A DNA stretch of 64,000 bases from Desulfobacterales bacterium (GTDB lineage Bacteria > Desulfobacterota > Desulfobacteria > Desulfobacterales > UBA2174), in the NCBI GenBank assembly GCA_963668645.2, contig CAXXWC010000021.1, forward strand, positions 1,024,001 to 1,088,000, written 5' to 3'. Shown in pieces: positions 29,272 to 38,146 of the stretch (within the stretch, counting starts at the first letter, position 1; each line of letters opens with the position of its first letter). Position numbers and translations under genes: made by a program. The notes beneath the pieces were generated by a model. It was given only the letters and a program-made list of their open reading frames with translations, did not search any database and had not been told where the DNA came from.

Positions 29272-30581
29272 GTATCGGACTGCTGACCCTGATCGTCTTT
29301 GCGATCCTGATCTTCTTTCTGGTCCTGGGCCTTCCGCTGGTCTTCTCCCTCGGCGGCACGGCCGTAATCGCCACCTATTTTCTCTGGGGGCCTGAAGCGC
29401 TCTACATGATGGCCAACCGGACCTTCACCAGTTCCAACGCCTTCGTCTTTCTGGCGATTCCCATGTTCATCTTCATGGGCAACATGCTCGAGGCTGCGGG
29501 CATCGCCAAGGCCCTTTACAACATGATGTACAAATGGATGGGCAGCCTGCGCGGCGGTCTGGCCATCGGCACGGTGGCGATCTGCGCCGTGTTCGCCGCC
29601 ATGGTGGGCGTAAGCGGCGCCTCCACGGTCTCCATGGCCCTGGTGGCCCTGCCCTCGATGCTGGCCCACCGCTATGATGAAAAGCTGGCCATCGGCTCCA
29701 TCGCCAGCGGCGGTGCACTGGGGGTGCTGATCCCGCCCAGCGTGATGATGATCATCCTGGGCATGTACACCAACACCTCCATCGGGATGCTCTACGCCGG
29801 CGGGGTCATTCCCGGAATCATGCTCAGCGTCCTGTTCATGATCTACATCGGCATCGTTTGTCTCTTCAAGCCCGACCTGGCACCGGCCCTGCCCAAAGAC
29901 CAGCGGGTCAGCTGGAACGAAAAGTTCGCTTCGCTCAAGGTGCTGGTGCTGCCCATCGGTCTGATCGTGGGGATCATGGGCAGCATCTTTTCGGGAGCAG
30001 CGACACCCAGCGAGGCGGCCGCGGTGGGCGCCCTGGGAAGCATCATCTGCGCGGCGGCCTACGGCAAGCTCAACTGGCCGACCCTGCGCAAATGCTGCCA
30101 CGACACCCTGCGGTTCAACTGCATGGTCATGTGGATCATCTTCGGGGCCTCGGTTTTCACGGCCCTCTATACGGCCATCGGCGCCCAGGATCTGGCCAAG
30201 GACCTTTTGAGCTACCTGCCCGGCGGCCGCTGGGGCCAGATGATCGGCATGCAGGTCATCCTGGTCATTCTGGGATGTTTTCTCGATCCGACCGGGATCA
30301 TCATGATCTCCACGCCCATCTTCTTTCCCATCGCCCGCTCGCTGGGCTTCGATCCGGTTTGGTTCGGCGTGATCTACGCCATCAACATGGAGATGGGATT
30401 CTTGACCCCGCCTTTCGGGTTCAACCTGTTCTACATGCAGTCCGTGGCGCCCAAACATGTCACCATGATGGATATCTACAAATCCATCATTCCGTTCATT
30501 CTCATCACGGTCACGGCCATCGGACTCTGTATGGTCATTCCTCAAATCATTCTCTGGCTGCCCAAGGTGGTCCTGCAATGA
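29268..30581 (+). CDS. dctM: TRAP large permease
   Basis: AIPMFIFMG, GGALGVLIPPS, ATPSEAAA and FLTPPFG; ATGA overlap with dctQ. Confidence 0.94.
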   Translation: MSIGLLTLIVFAILIFFLVLGLPLVFSLGGTAVIATYFLWGPEALYMMANRTFTSSNAFVFLAIPMFIFMGNMLEAAGIAKALYNMMYKWMGSLRGGLAIGTVAICAVFAAMVGVSGASTVSMALVALPSMLAHRYDEKLAIGSIASGGALGVLIPPSVMMIILGMYTNTSIGMLYAGGVIPGIMLSVLFMIYIGIVCLFKPDLAPALPKDQRVSWNEKFASLKVLVLPIGLIVGIMGSIFSGAATPSEAAAVGALGSIICAAAYGKLNWPTLRKCCHDTLRFNCMVMWIIFGASVFTALYTAIGAQDLAKDLLSYLPGGRWGQMIGMQVILVILGCFLDPTGIIMISTPIFFPIARSLGFDPVWFGVIYAINMEMGFLTPPFGFNLFYMQSVAPKHVTMMDIYKSIIPFILITVTAIGLCMVIPQIILWLPKVVLQ

Positions 30582-30598
30582 AAAGGGGCGATTGACCC

Positions 30599-31444
30599 GT
30601 GGAGCGGAAGATGAAAGTCGCGCTGTCCCAGATCGACTGCCTTGCAGGAGACGTGCAGGCCAATGCCGGCAAACTGTGCGACGAGGTGCGCCGTGCCGCC
30701 CGGCAGGGCTGCCGGGTCGTGATCTTTCCCGAAACGGCCGACACCGGCTACGATCCTGCCCTCATCCCAGCGGCCGCGACCTCGTGGCACGAAGGGGCCG
30801 TCCCCGCCCTTCGCGCCACCGCGGTCGAAACCGGCATCTTCATCGTCGCCGGACTCTGCCAACGGGATGGAGACAAACTCTACAATGCGTTGGCGGTCAT
30901 CTCGCCCGATGGAAAAATCATCGGCAGCTACCGCAAAACCCACCTGATCACCCCACCGCCATTTAACGAAGATCGCTGCTTCACCCCTGGCTCGGACCTC
31001 CTGCTGGTTCAGATCGACGGGTGGCGGTGGGGTTTTACCATCTGCTACGATTTACGCTTTCCGGAACTTTATCGCGCACTGGCCCTTAACGGCGCGCAGG
31101 TGCTGGTCAACGTCGCCGCCTTTCCCGCCAGCCGCACCATGAACTGGGATGTGTTGACGCGGGCCAGAGCCATTGAAAATCAGGCTTACCTGCTGGCGGC
31201 CAACCGCGTGGGCACCGATGGACCGTTTCATTTCGGCGGGCTGAGCCGGGTGGTGACGCCCGACGGCACCCTTGCGGCAGCAGCTTCGGATGAGACCCCC
31301 GAGTTGCTGGTTGCCCGCATCGATGCGCAACAAGTCAGCGCGATGCGCAGCCAGATCCCTGTTTTCAAAGCCCGAAGGGCCGATCTTTACACCGATCTTA
31401 TCAAGCCAGCCCCCTTTGAGCGAAAGGATCCAGAACGTGCATGA
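30599..31444 (+). CDS. Carbon-nitrogen hydrolase (Nit/YafV-like amidase)
   Basis: Glu-Lys-Cys triad FPE, YRKTHL and ICYDLRFPE; RARAIENQ. Confidence 0.92.
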   Translation: MERKMKVALSQIDCLAGDVQANAGKLCDEVRRAARQGCRVVIFPETADTGYDPALIPAAATSWHEGAVPALRATAVETGIFIVAGLCQRDGDKLYNALAVISPDGKIIGSYRKTHLITPPPFNEDRCFTPGSDLLLVQIDGWRWGFTICYDLRFPELYRALALNGAQVLVNVAAFPASRTMNWDVLTRARAIENQAYLLAANRVGTDGPFHFGGLSRVVTPDGTLAAAASDETPELLVARIDAQQVSAMRSQIPVFKARRADLYTDLIKPAPFERKDPERA

Positions 31445-31898
31445 CTCCACGCCGATCAAGGCCGCCTTTCACCATGTTGCCATAGCGGTTCGCGACATGG
31501 ACTGCATGATCGCTTTTTATCGAGACCTGCTGGGCTTTGATCTCGAATGGGAAAAGCCCAACTACACCGGTGGCAGTTTTGAAAAAGTCGTTGCCCTTGC
31601 GGCGGCCAGGGCCCATGTGGCCATGCTGAGCGGGTACGGCATGCGCATCGAACTCTTTTGCTACCTCGAACCGCAGGGGCGGTCGCTGGGGGAGTTGCGC
31701 ATGTGCGATTTCGGCTATACCCACTTTGCCCTGAAGGTAAAAGGCCTCAATGGCATTTACCAACGCCTGCACCAGGCCGGTACAACCTTCAACTCTCCGC
31801 CCGAAAATCTGCGCCCCGGTGTGTGGGCCGCCTATTTCAAGGATCCCGAGGGCAACACTATCGAAATCGTCGAGTACGAAGATATCCAGCCCTCGTAA
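31437..31898 (+). CDS. VOC/glyoxalase family protein
   Basis: HHVAIAV..FYRDLLG, IELF, THFAL and YFKDPEGNTIEI (H/E/H/E metal ligands); GTG start after AAAGGA. Confidence 0.9.
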   Translation: MHDSTPIKAAFHHVAIAVRDMDCMIAFYRDLLGFDLEWEKPNYTGGSFEKVVALAAARAHVAMLSGYGMRIELFCYLEPQGRSLGELRMCDFGYTHFALKVKGLNGIYQRLHQAGTTFNSPPENLRPGVWAAYFKDPEGNTIEIVEYEDIQPS

Positions 31899-31954
31899 AC
31901 CGCAACTCTCCCCTAAGAGGTCCACTCACCGGGGTGACACAGAGGTTTGTTCAG

Positions 31955-33715
31955 ATGATCAAAGGTTTTTTCCAACGCATGCGGGTAATCGATTTGACCC
32001 GCAAAACTTTTACGGACGAAACGATAGACGAGGCGGTTCTGGAACGCACCATGGGGGGCAAGGGGCTTGCAGCCCATCTGCTGCTGGAGCGCAATCCACC
32101 CGGGGTCGATCCCCTGGCCGCCGAAAACCATATCATCCTGACCTTGGGGGCCGCCACCGACAGCCCGGTCTACGGCTCCTGCCGGCACGGCATTTTTGCC
32201 AAGTCCCCCCAGACCGGATGCTTCGGTGAATCCTACAGCGGCGGCAGCCTGGCTATCCCCATGAGCCGCTGCGGCGTGGACGCCGTTGTCATCCATGGCA
32301 AGGCCGAGGCCCCGGTCTGGCTGGAGATCAACGACGGGGGCGTAATTTTCCACTCCGCGGCAGACCTTTGGGGCCTGGACACCTTTGACAGCGAAAAGGC
32401 CATCGCCGACCGGATCGCTGATCCCCATGCCGGGGTAATGGTCATCGGCCCGGCCGGCGAGAACCTGGTACGTTTTGCCGTAGTCAAGAACGACGGCTGG
32501 CGGGTGGCCGGCCGCACCGGCATGGGCGCCCTGTTCGGGTCGAAAAGACTCAAGGGCCTGGCCTTCCATGGCCAGCAGCGGCGCGAGTTTGCAGATCCGG
32601 AAGGACTGAAGGCCTTTGCCCGCGGCACGCTCAAGGAGTTCAAGGATCATCCGGCCACGCTCAACTACCGCACCAAGGGCACGCCGATGATGGTCGAGGT
32701 GATGAACAAGGCCGGCGCCTTTCCCAACCGCTACTGGTCGCGGGGCTATCTTGACGGGTGGGAGAAGATTTCGGCCACCGCCATCAAGGAGCACTGCCGG
32801 CCCCGGCCCCATGCCTGCCGCACCTGCTTCATGGCCTGCGGCAAGCGTATCGAGGTGCAAGCGGGACGCCACGCCGGCCTGACCCTCGAAGGCCCCGAGT
32901 ACGAGACCATTTACGCCTTCGGGGGGCTGTGCCTGATCGACTCCATCGAAGAAGTGGTCTACCTCAACGACCTGTGCGACCGTCTGGGGGTCGACACCAT
33001 CACCACCGGCAACCTTGTGGCACTGATGATCGAAGCGGCCAGGCGCGGCAAGACGGGTGATCCCATCGATTACGGCCAGCCCGAGCAGGCGGCCGAACTC
33101 ATTCGCAGGATCGTTTTCCGGCAAGGCACAGGGGACATCCTGGCCGAGGGGATCAAAACGGCCAGCCGGGAACTCGATCTGGACGATATCGCCGTGCACG
33201 TCAAAGGGCTGGAGCCGGCCGGGTACGATCCGCGCAAGCTAAAGGGGATGGGGCTGGCCTATGCGGTCAGCGACCGCGGCGCCTGCCACCTGCGCAGCAC
33301 CTTTTACAAGGCGGAACTTTCCAAGATGATCGATCCGGACCAGCTTGCCGGCAAGGCGGAAATGTTCATCGACTTCGAAAACCGCTGCACGCTTTTCGAC
33401 AGCCTGATCCTTTGCCGGTTTTACAGGGATTTTTACATGTGGGAGGCCCTGGCCGAAATTTATCGCTTGACGACGGGGCTTGCAATGAAGCAGACCGAAC
33501 TTTCGGCGCTGGCGCAACGCATCAGCGCAGACGCCCGTCGTTTCAACCTTCGCGAGGGGCTTACGAGCGCCGACGACCGCCTGCCGCGCCGCCTGGTGGC
33601 CGAATCGATTGAAGACGGCACCCAGCTCAGCGCCGGTGAGGTCCAGCAACTGGTATCGCAATACTTTCAGATCAAGGGGTGGGGGGCCGAGGGGATCCCC
33701 CCGATCGAGCCATGA
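31955..33715 (+). CDS. aor: Aldehyde:ferredoxin oxidoreductase family (W/Mo-bispterin)
   Basis: KSPQTG..ES.SGG, GRTGMGA, CRTCFMACGK, EYET, DRLGVDT and RGACH; ATG at 31955. Confidence 0.93.
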   Translation: MIKGFFQRMRVIDLTRKTFTDETIDEAVLERTMGGKGLAAHLLLERNPPGVDPLAAENHIILTLGAATDSPVYGSCRHGIFAKSPQTGCFGESYSGGSLAIPMSRCGVDAVVIHGKAEAPVWLEINDGGVIFHSAADLWGLDTFDSEKAIADRIADPHAGVMVIGPAGENLVRFAVVKNDGWRVAGRTGMGALFGSKRLKGLAFHGQQRREFADPEGLKAFARGTLKEFKDHPATLNYRTKGTPMMVEVMNKAGAFPNRYWSRGYLDGWEKISATAIKEHCRPRPHACRTCFMACGKRIEVQAGRHAGLTLEGPEYETIYAFGGLCLIDSIEEVVYLNDLCDRLGVDTITTGNLVALMIEAARRGKTGDPIDYGQPEQAAELIRRIVFRQGTGDILAEGIKTASRELDLDDIAVHVKGLEPAGYDPRKLKGMGLAYAVSDRGACHLRSTFYKAELSKMIDPDQLAGKAEMFIDFENRCTLFDSLILCRFYRDFYMWEALAEIYRLTTGLAMKQTELSALAQRISADARRFNLREGLTSADDRLPRRLVAESIEDGTQLSAGEVQQLVSQYFQIKGWGAEGIPPIEP

Positions 33716-33797
33716 ATGGACACCGATCCTGTCTGACGCCTCGCACCGCGGGCGGCAGGGGCTGCCTTGAAGTCCGCTTTCACCCCCCGGTGCGACG

Positions 33798-34805
33798 ATG
33801 AACTGCCTGGAAACATACCAGATCGCTTCCGATCGATTCGATCCATGGTGGAACCTGGCCCTGGAAGAACATCTGCTGGACAAGGTCCAGCCGGGGCAGG
33901 TCGTTTTCTACCTTTGGCAGAATGCACATACCGTGGTCATCGGCCGCAACCAGAATCCGTGGAGCGAATGCCGCATCAAGCTGCTCGAAGAGGAAGGCGG
34001 AAAACTGGCCCGGAGGCTTTCGGGCGGCGGGGCCGTATACCATGACCGGGGGAATCTGAATTTTACCTTCATCATGGACCGGGCCCTCTACAGCCCCGAT
34101 CGCCAGTTTGCCATGATGACCGATGCCGTCCGGAAACTGGGCATCCCGGCTTTCCGCAGCGGGCGCAATGACATCCTGGTGGAAGGCGGGCGCAAGTTTT
34201 CGGGCAACGCCTTCTATCTGCGCCCCAAAACGGCGCTGCACCACGGCACGATTCTGGTCGACACGGATCTCAACCAGGTTCAACGCTACCTGAGCGTGAG
34301 CAATCGCAAGCTGGCTTCAAAAGGCGTGGCCTCGGTCAAATCCCGCGTCGTCAACCTCCGCCAGCTGGAGCCCTCCCTGACCGTGGACGAAATGAAAGCG
34401 GCCCTGCTGGAAGCCTTCGACCGTGAATACGCCCAGACCGCCCGGCCCCTGGTCGAAACCATGGCCGCCGACCTGGAGCAGATTGAGGGCATCCGGCAAA
34501 GATACGCCTCGGAAAAGTGGCGCTTCGGGGATACGCCAGAGTTCAATTTCAGTTGCGGCCGGCGTTTTGATTGGGGGGAAATCGAATTTTGCTTCAATGT
34601 GCAAAAGGCCCGAATCCATTCGGCCACAGTCTATTCCGACTCCCTCGAACCGGACCTGATCGCGGCCCTCGGCCCCTGTATCGAAGATGCGGCCTTCGAT
34701 GAAGCGGCGGTCATCGACCGGCTTGAGGCCCTGGCGGCCCAAAAGCCGCACCCGATCCTCGATGACCTCGTCGGCTTTTTCCGTACCCATCCTTTCTCGA
34801 GCTGA
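33798..34805 (+). CDS. lplA: Lipoate-protein ligase A
   Basis: IGRNQNPW, RRLSGGGAVYHD, KFSGNA, HHGTIL and KGVASVKSRV. Confidence 0.95.
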   Translation: MNCLETYQIASDRFDPWWNLALEEHLLDKVQPGQVVFYLWQNAHTVVIGRNQNPWSECRIKLLEEEGGKLARRLSGGGAVYHDRGNLNFTFIMDRALYSPDRQFAMMTDAVRKLGIPAFRSGRNDILVEGGRKFSGNAFYLRPKTALHHGTILVDTDLNQVQRYLSVSNRKLASKGVASVKSRVVNLRQLEPSLTVDEMKAALLEAFDREYAQTARPLVETMAADLEQIEGIRQRYASEKWRFGDTPEFNFSCGRRFDWGEIEFCFNVQKARIHSATVYSDSLEPDLIAALGPCIEDAAFDEAAVIDRLEALAAQKPHPILDDLVGFFRTHPFSS

Positions 34806-34834
34806 AAGCCCGGCGTAGTCCACGCCGGGCTTTT
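34805..34834 (+). terminator. Rho-independent terminator ending the catabolic operon
   Basis: AAAGCCCGGCGT-AGTCC-ACGCCGGGCTTTT immediately after the lplA stop. Confidence 0.8.
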
Positions 34835-34847
34835 CCAGCCGGCCCGC

Positions 34848-35642
34848 ATGCAAGGCAGGAGGCAGTTGAACCAACCAGCGCGATCATCTGAGCAGTGCGA
34901 GCAGCGCCCGCGCTTCAAGACGCTTTGCCAGGCACCGGCCGGCATACCGCATTACCTTACGATGGCAACCCTGCCGTGGCTCGATGCAGCGCTGGCGGCC
35001 ATCGGCCTCAACGCAGGCACCCGTGTCACCAAGGTCTGCGACGACCTTCCGGTCCGCAGCGCCCTGGTCGAAACCGGCACCGGCCGGTACGTCGTCAGCC
35101 GGCAGACGGCTGAGGCCGTGGTTCTGGAGCAAAACGGCAGCGACATCTCGCTTTGCCTGCTTGGGCCCGGTCAAAGCGGGCGGGTTGCCGCCACTCTTTC
35201 CCCCGGCAACCGGCCAACTATAGGGAAAGACCAAATCTTTCACCCCGGCGCCCAGGTGAAAAAAATCCGCGATCTGCCCCCAGAAGTCCGCTATACGATT
35301 CGAGCCCCCAACCTGGCCGCATGGACCGTCTCGCTGAACACGGCCACCCATGTTTGGGGGGAATCGGACCGGCGCAACCTCCAGCTGGCCGCCGCCCTGG
35401 TGGGAAAACCATTTGTTCTCAGGCGTTTTTCCGCCCCCGAGGCGAAAACCCGTTTTTCCGCGGCAGGCATCCACCCCGGCATGCAATTATTTCTGGCACA
35501 CCTGACCCCGTCAGATGTGCCGCATGACGCTATCTGCGTTAAGGGACCGGAGCAGCAAATCCTGCTGCCCCGCCGTCTCGCCGGCCATGTCTACCTTCGC
35601 TTGTGCGACGTCTGCTGGTCCTGCGGCGCTTGCATGGCTTGA
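34848..35642 (+). CDS. Hypothetical protein with three FeoA-like repeats and a C-terminal CxxCxxCxxC
   Basis: Repeats LAAIGLNAGTRV, IFHPGAQV and FSAAGIHPGMQL, each followed by an 'A..V' strand; ends CDVCWSCGACMA; start uncertain. Confidence 0.6.
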   Translation: MQGRRQLNQPARSSEQCEQRPRFKTLCQAPAGIPHYLTMATLPWLDAALAAIGLNAGTRVTKVCDDLPVRSALVETGTGRYVVSRQTAEAVVLEQNGSDISLCLLGPGQSGRVAATLSPGNRPTIGKDQIFHPGAQVKKIRDLPPEVRYTIRAPNLAAWTVSLNTATHVWGESDRRNLQLAAALVGKPFVLRRFSAPEAKTRFSAAGIHPGMQLFLAHLTPSDVPHDAICVKGPEQQILLPRRLAGHVYLRLCDVCWSCGACMA

Positions 35643-35645
35643 ATT

Positions 35646-36788
35646 CTACCGGTTCACCGAAGTGAGTCGGCGGTAGATACTCATCAGATCCGCCTCACTC
35701 AACCGCCCGCCCTGCCGGCGGGCCGCCTGCTGGATCGCCGGGCGCAGTGATGCGGCGGTGGCGGCGTCGACGTCAACGCCCATCCGGCCCAGGACATGCC
35801 GGATCCCGGCCGCGCCGCTGTGGCTGCCGGCCTCCAGGCGCGAGGCCGCATGGCCCACCTGCTGGGGCGCAAAGGGTTCGAAGGTGGCCGGGTCCTTGAG
35901 TATCCCGTCGCAGTGGATCCCCGACTCGTGTACGAAGATCGCCTCGCCCACCACCGGCTTGAACGGCGGCAGCGGCCGCCGGCAGAATCCGGCTACCGTT
36001 CGGCACAGGCCCGTGAGCCTTTCCAGGCGGATGCGGCTGGCGTTGACCCCGCAGCGCCACAGGGCTGCGGCCACCTCCTCCAGGGCCGCGTTGCCGGCCC
36101 GCTCGCCCAGCCCGTTGACCGTCACGCTCAGGGCATCGGCCCCGGCCGCGGCGGCTGTCACCGCATTGGCCGTGGCCATGCCAAGATCGTTGTGGCCATG
36201 AAATTCGATGTCCATGGCGCCGGCCGCCGGCCGCAGTTCGGTCACCAGGGCTGCCACCTGGAGCGGATGGGCCACCCCGACCGTGTCGGCCAGGCGCAGC
36301 CGCCCGGCCCCGGCTGCGGCCGCGGCCGCGGCCACTTCAGCCAGAAAGCGGGCATCGGTGCGCATGGCGTCCTGGGCCCCCACCGAGACCCGCTCAAACT
36401 CTCCGGCAGCCGGTTTGACCAGGTCGTGGATCTGCGCCATCACCCAGGAGCGGTCGCGGCCCAATGCAACCAGTTGAATGTCCGAAACCGGGATGGCGCA
36501 ATGGATTCCGGCAAGGCCGCAGCGCTCGGCCTGGCGCAGATCTTCGGGATGGGCCCGGCACCAGCCGGTCACGCGGCAGCCAAGCCCCAGATTGATCAAG
36601 GCGGCCAGATCCCCGCGTTCGGCCGGCCCCATCACCGGTGTGCCGGCCTCGATCTCATCCACGCCGGCGGCGTCGAGCAGACGGGCGAGCACGACCTTCT
36701 GCCGGCAAGAAAAAGCGATTCCCGGGCTCTGTGCCCCGTCGCGCAATGTGGTGTCGATGATCTGAACCGGTCGGGTGCCGGAGGCCAT
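35646..36788 (-). CDS. nifV: Homocitrate synthase
   Basis: DTTLRDGAQ, ADTVG, FHGHNDLGMATAN, GLGERAGNA and HESGIH; last gene of the nif run; ATG overlaps the GNAT stop. Confidence 0.92.
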   Translation of the reverse strand: MASGTRPVQIIDTTLRDGAQSPGIAFSCRQKVVLARLLDAAGVDEIEAGTPVMGPAERGDLAALINLGLGCRVTGWCRAHPEDLRQAERCGLAGIHCAIPVSDIQLVALGRDRSWVMAQIHDLVKPAAGEFERVSVGAQDAMRTDARFLAEVAAAAAAAGAGRLRLADTVGVAHPLQVAALVTELRPAAGAMDIEFHGHNDLGMATANAVTAAAAGADALSVTVNGLGERAGNAALEEVAAALWRCGVNASRIRLERLTGLCRTVAGFCRRPLPPFKPVVGEAIFVHESGIHCDGILKDPATFEPFAPQQVGHAASRLEAGSHSGAAGIRHVLGRMGVDVDAATAASLRPAIQQAARRQGGRLSEADLMSIYRRLTSVNR

Positions 36789-37258
36789 CAGAACTCGCTC
36801 TCTTTTCTGAGGCAGATCAAGCGGGTTTGCCGCCATCCCTGCCGGCGGTAAAATGACAGGGCTGGTTGGTTGTCCCGGTCGGCCAGAAGCTGCAAGCGGG
36901 TCGCCCCGGCCTTGGCGGCCCAGGCGGCGGCCTCGGCCATCAGCCGGGACCCGATCCCCTGCCCGCTCCATGCGTCGTCCACCACCACGTCCTCGACCCA
37001 GGCCGAAGGTGCCCCCTCGGCCGTGGAGATCACGAGCTGCACCGTTGCCATCCCGATCACACGCCCATCGCCGACCGCCACCAGGGCTGTGCGGTGCTTG
37101 CCGCAGCCGTCGAGGAGCCGTTGCAGTCCCTGCCGCTGGCGTTCCGGGTCACCCTCGAAATCCGCCTCTATCCTGAACAATTCCTGCAGCAGGACGCTCA
37201 TGGCCTCGATGTCGGCGTGCTCGGCACGCCGGATCTTCACCTCCCGCGAGGGTCCCAT
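36788..37258 (-). CDS. GNAT family N-acetyltransferase
   Basis: VEDVVV..WSGQGIGSRL (acetyl-CoA motif A) and NQPALSFY..GW. Confidence 0.9.
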   Translation of the reverse strand: MGPSREVKIRRAEHADIEAMSVLLQELFRIEADFEGDPERQRQGLQRLLDGCGKHRTALVAVGDGRVIGMATVQLVISTAEGAPSAWVEDVVVDDAWSGQGIGSRLMAEAAAWAAKAGATRLQLLADRDNQPALSFYRRQGWRQTRLICLRKESEF

Positions 37259-37707
37259 GCCTCTTCCTTGTCCGGTGCCGGGCGCCTCTCTGACGTCTCG
37301 GCCCCATTGATAAGGGGAACATGGATCTTGACAAACGCCTCCACGCGCGAGCCGGTTTCCAGAATCCTGGCAACCGCCGTCCGGTCCGGTTCCGCGCGAA
37401 GCGACGCCGTCAAAGGGCACATGTCGTCGATCCCTTCAATCTCCTTGATACACCGGGCCAGGTCCTGGCCCACGGGGCAGATCGGTTCCAGGCCCTGAAC
37501 CAGACCGGAAAGGGTATGATCCGCGGGCATCTGTTTGTGGTACTGGAAAAGCCCCACCATGAGCTTTTCAAGGGCCATGGCAGCAAGCTGGAAGACCAGC
37601 TCGTTGTTGAATACTTCGGGGCGATGGCGACCGTTTCTGGCCGTCTTGAGGTACTTGCATCCGGCCAGAACATGGTCTTCCCATCCAGAGATCGAGGCGG
37701 TTTCCAT
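37237..37707 (-). CDS. HEPN-like hypothetical protein
   Basis: AAMALEKLMVG....QMPADHTLSGLV resembles the HEPN pattern qqAvEKalKa...p.tHdL..L; AGGAG RBS. Confidence 0.6.
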   Translation of the reverse strand: METASISGWEDHVLAGCKYLKTARNGRHRPEVFNNELVFQLAAMALEKLMVGLFQYHKQMPADHTLSGLVQGLEPICPVGQDLARCIKEIEGIDDMCPLTASLRAEPDRTAVARILETGSRVEAFVKIHVPLINGAETSERRPAPDKEEAWDPRGR

Positions 37708-37760
37708 GGCGATCTTTCTCCTGAGGCGTTGATTAGCGGGTGAAAATCCCTGCCTCCCTG

Positions 37761-38066
37761 TCAGCCGATGAGGTAGTCCTCGGCCGCTTGGCCATCCTCC
37801 AGGGCATCGAGGATTGTGTCGATCGCTTCCTCGCCGTCCACATTACCATACCAGTAGCCCTGGGGATAAACCACCATCACGGGCCCGTGGTCGCAGGCTT
37901 TCAGGCACCCGGTGCTCGTCACCTGGGCATCCAGGCCGCGGTCGAGGATCTCGTTTTCGATATAGGCCAGATATTCGGTGGATCCTTTCTTATGGCAGGC
38001 TCCTTTGGCCTCCCCTTCGGCACGAAAGCTGGCACAGACGCAGATCAGGTGGGCCGGTTTTTCCAT
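37761..38066 (-). CDS. Thioredoxin-like [2Fe-2S] ferredoxin (nif-associated)
   Basis: ICVC..GAC, TGCLKACDHGPVMVVYP.G.WYG; AGGAG RBS. Confidence 0.92.
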   Translation of the reverse strand: MEKPAHLICVCASFRAEGEAKGACHKKGSTEYLAYIENEILDRGLDAQVTSTGCLKACDHGPVMVVYPQGYWYGNVDGEEAIDTILDALEDGQAAEDYLIG

Positions 38067-38146
38067 TTCTCTTCTCCTCTTGAGTTGACAGGTCATAGCC
38101 TTCTTTGCCGTTGCACGCTCTTACGGCCTGCGGCGGGCGATCGTTT

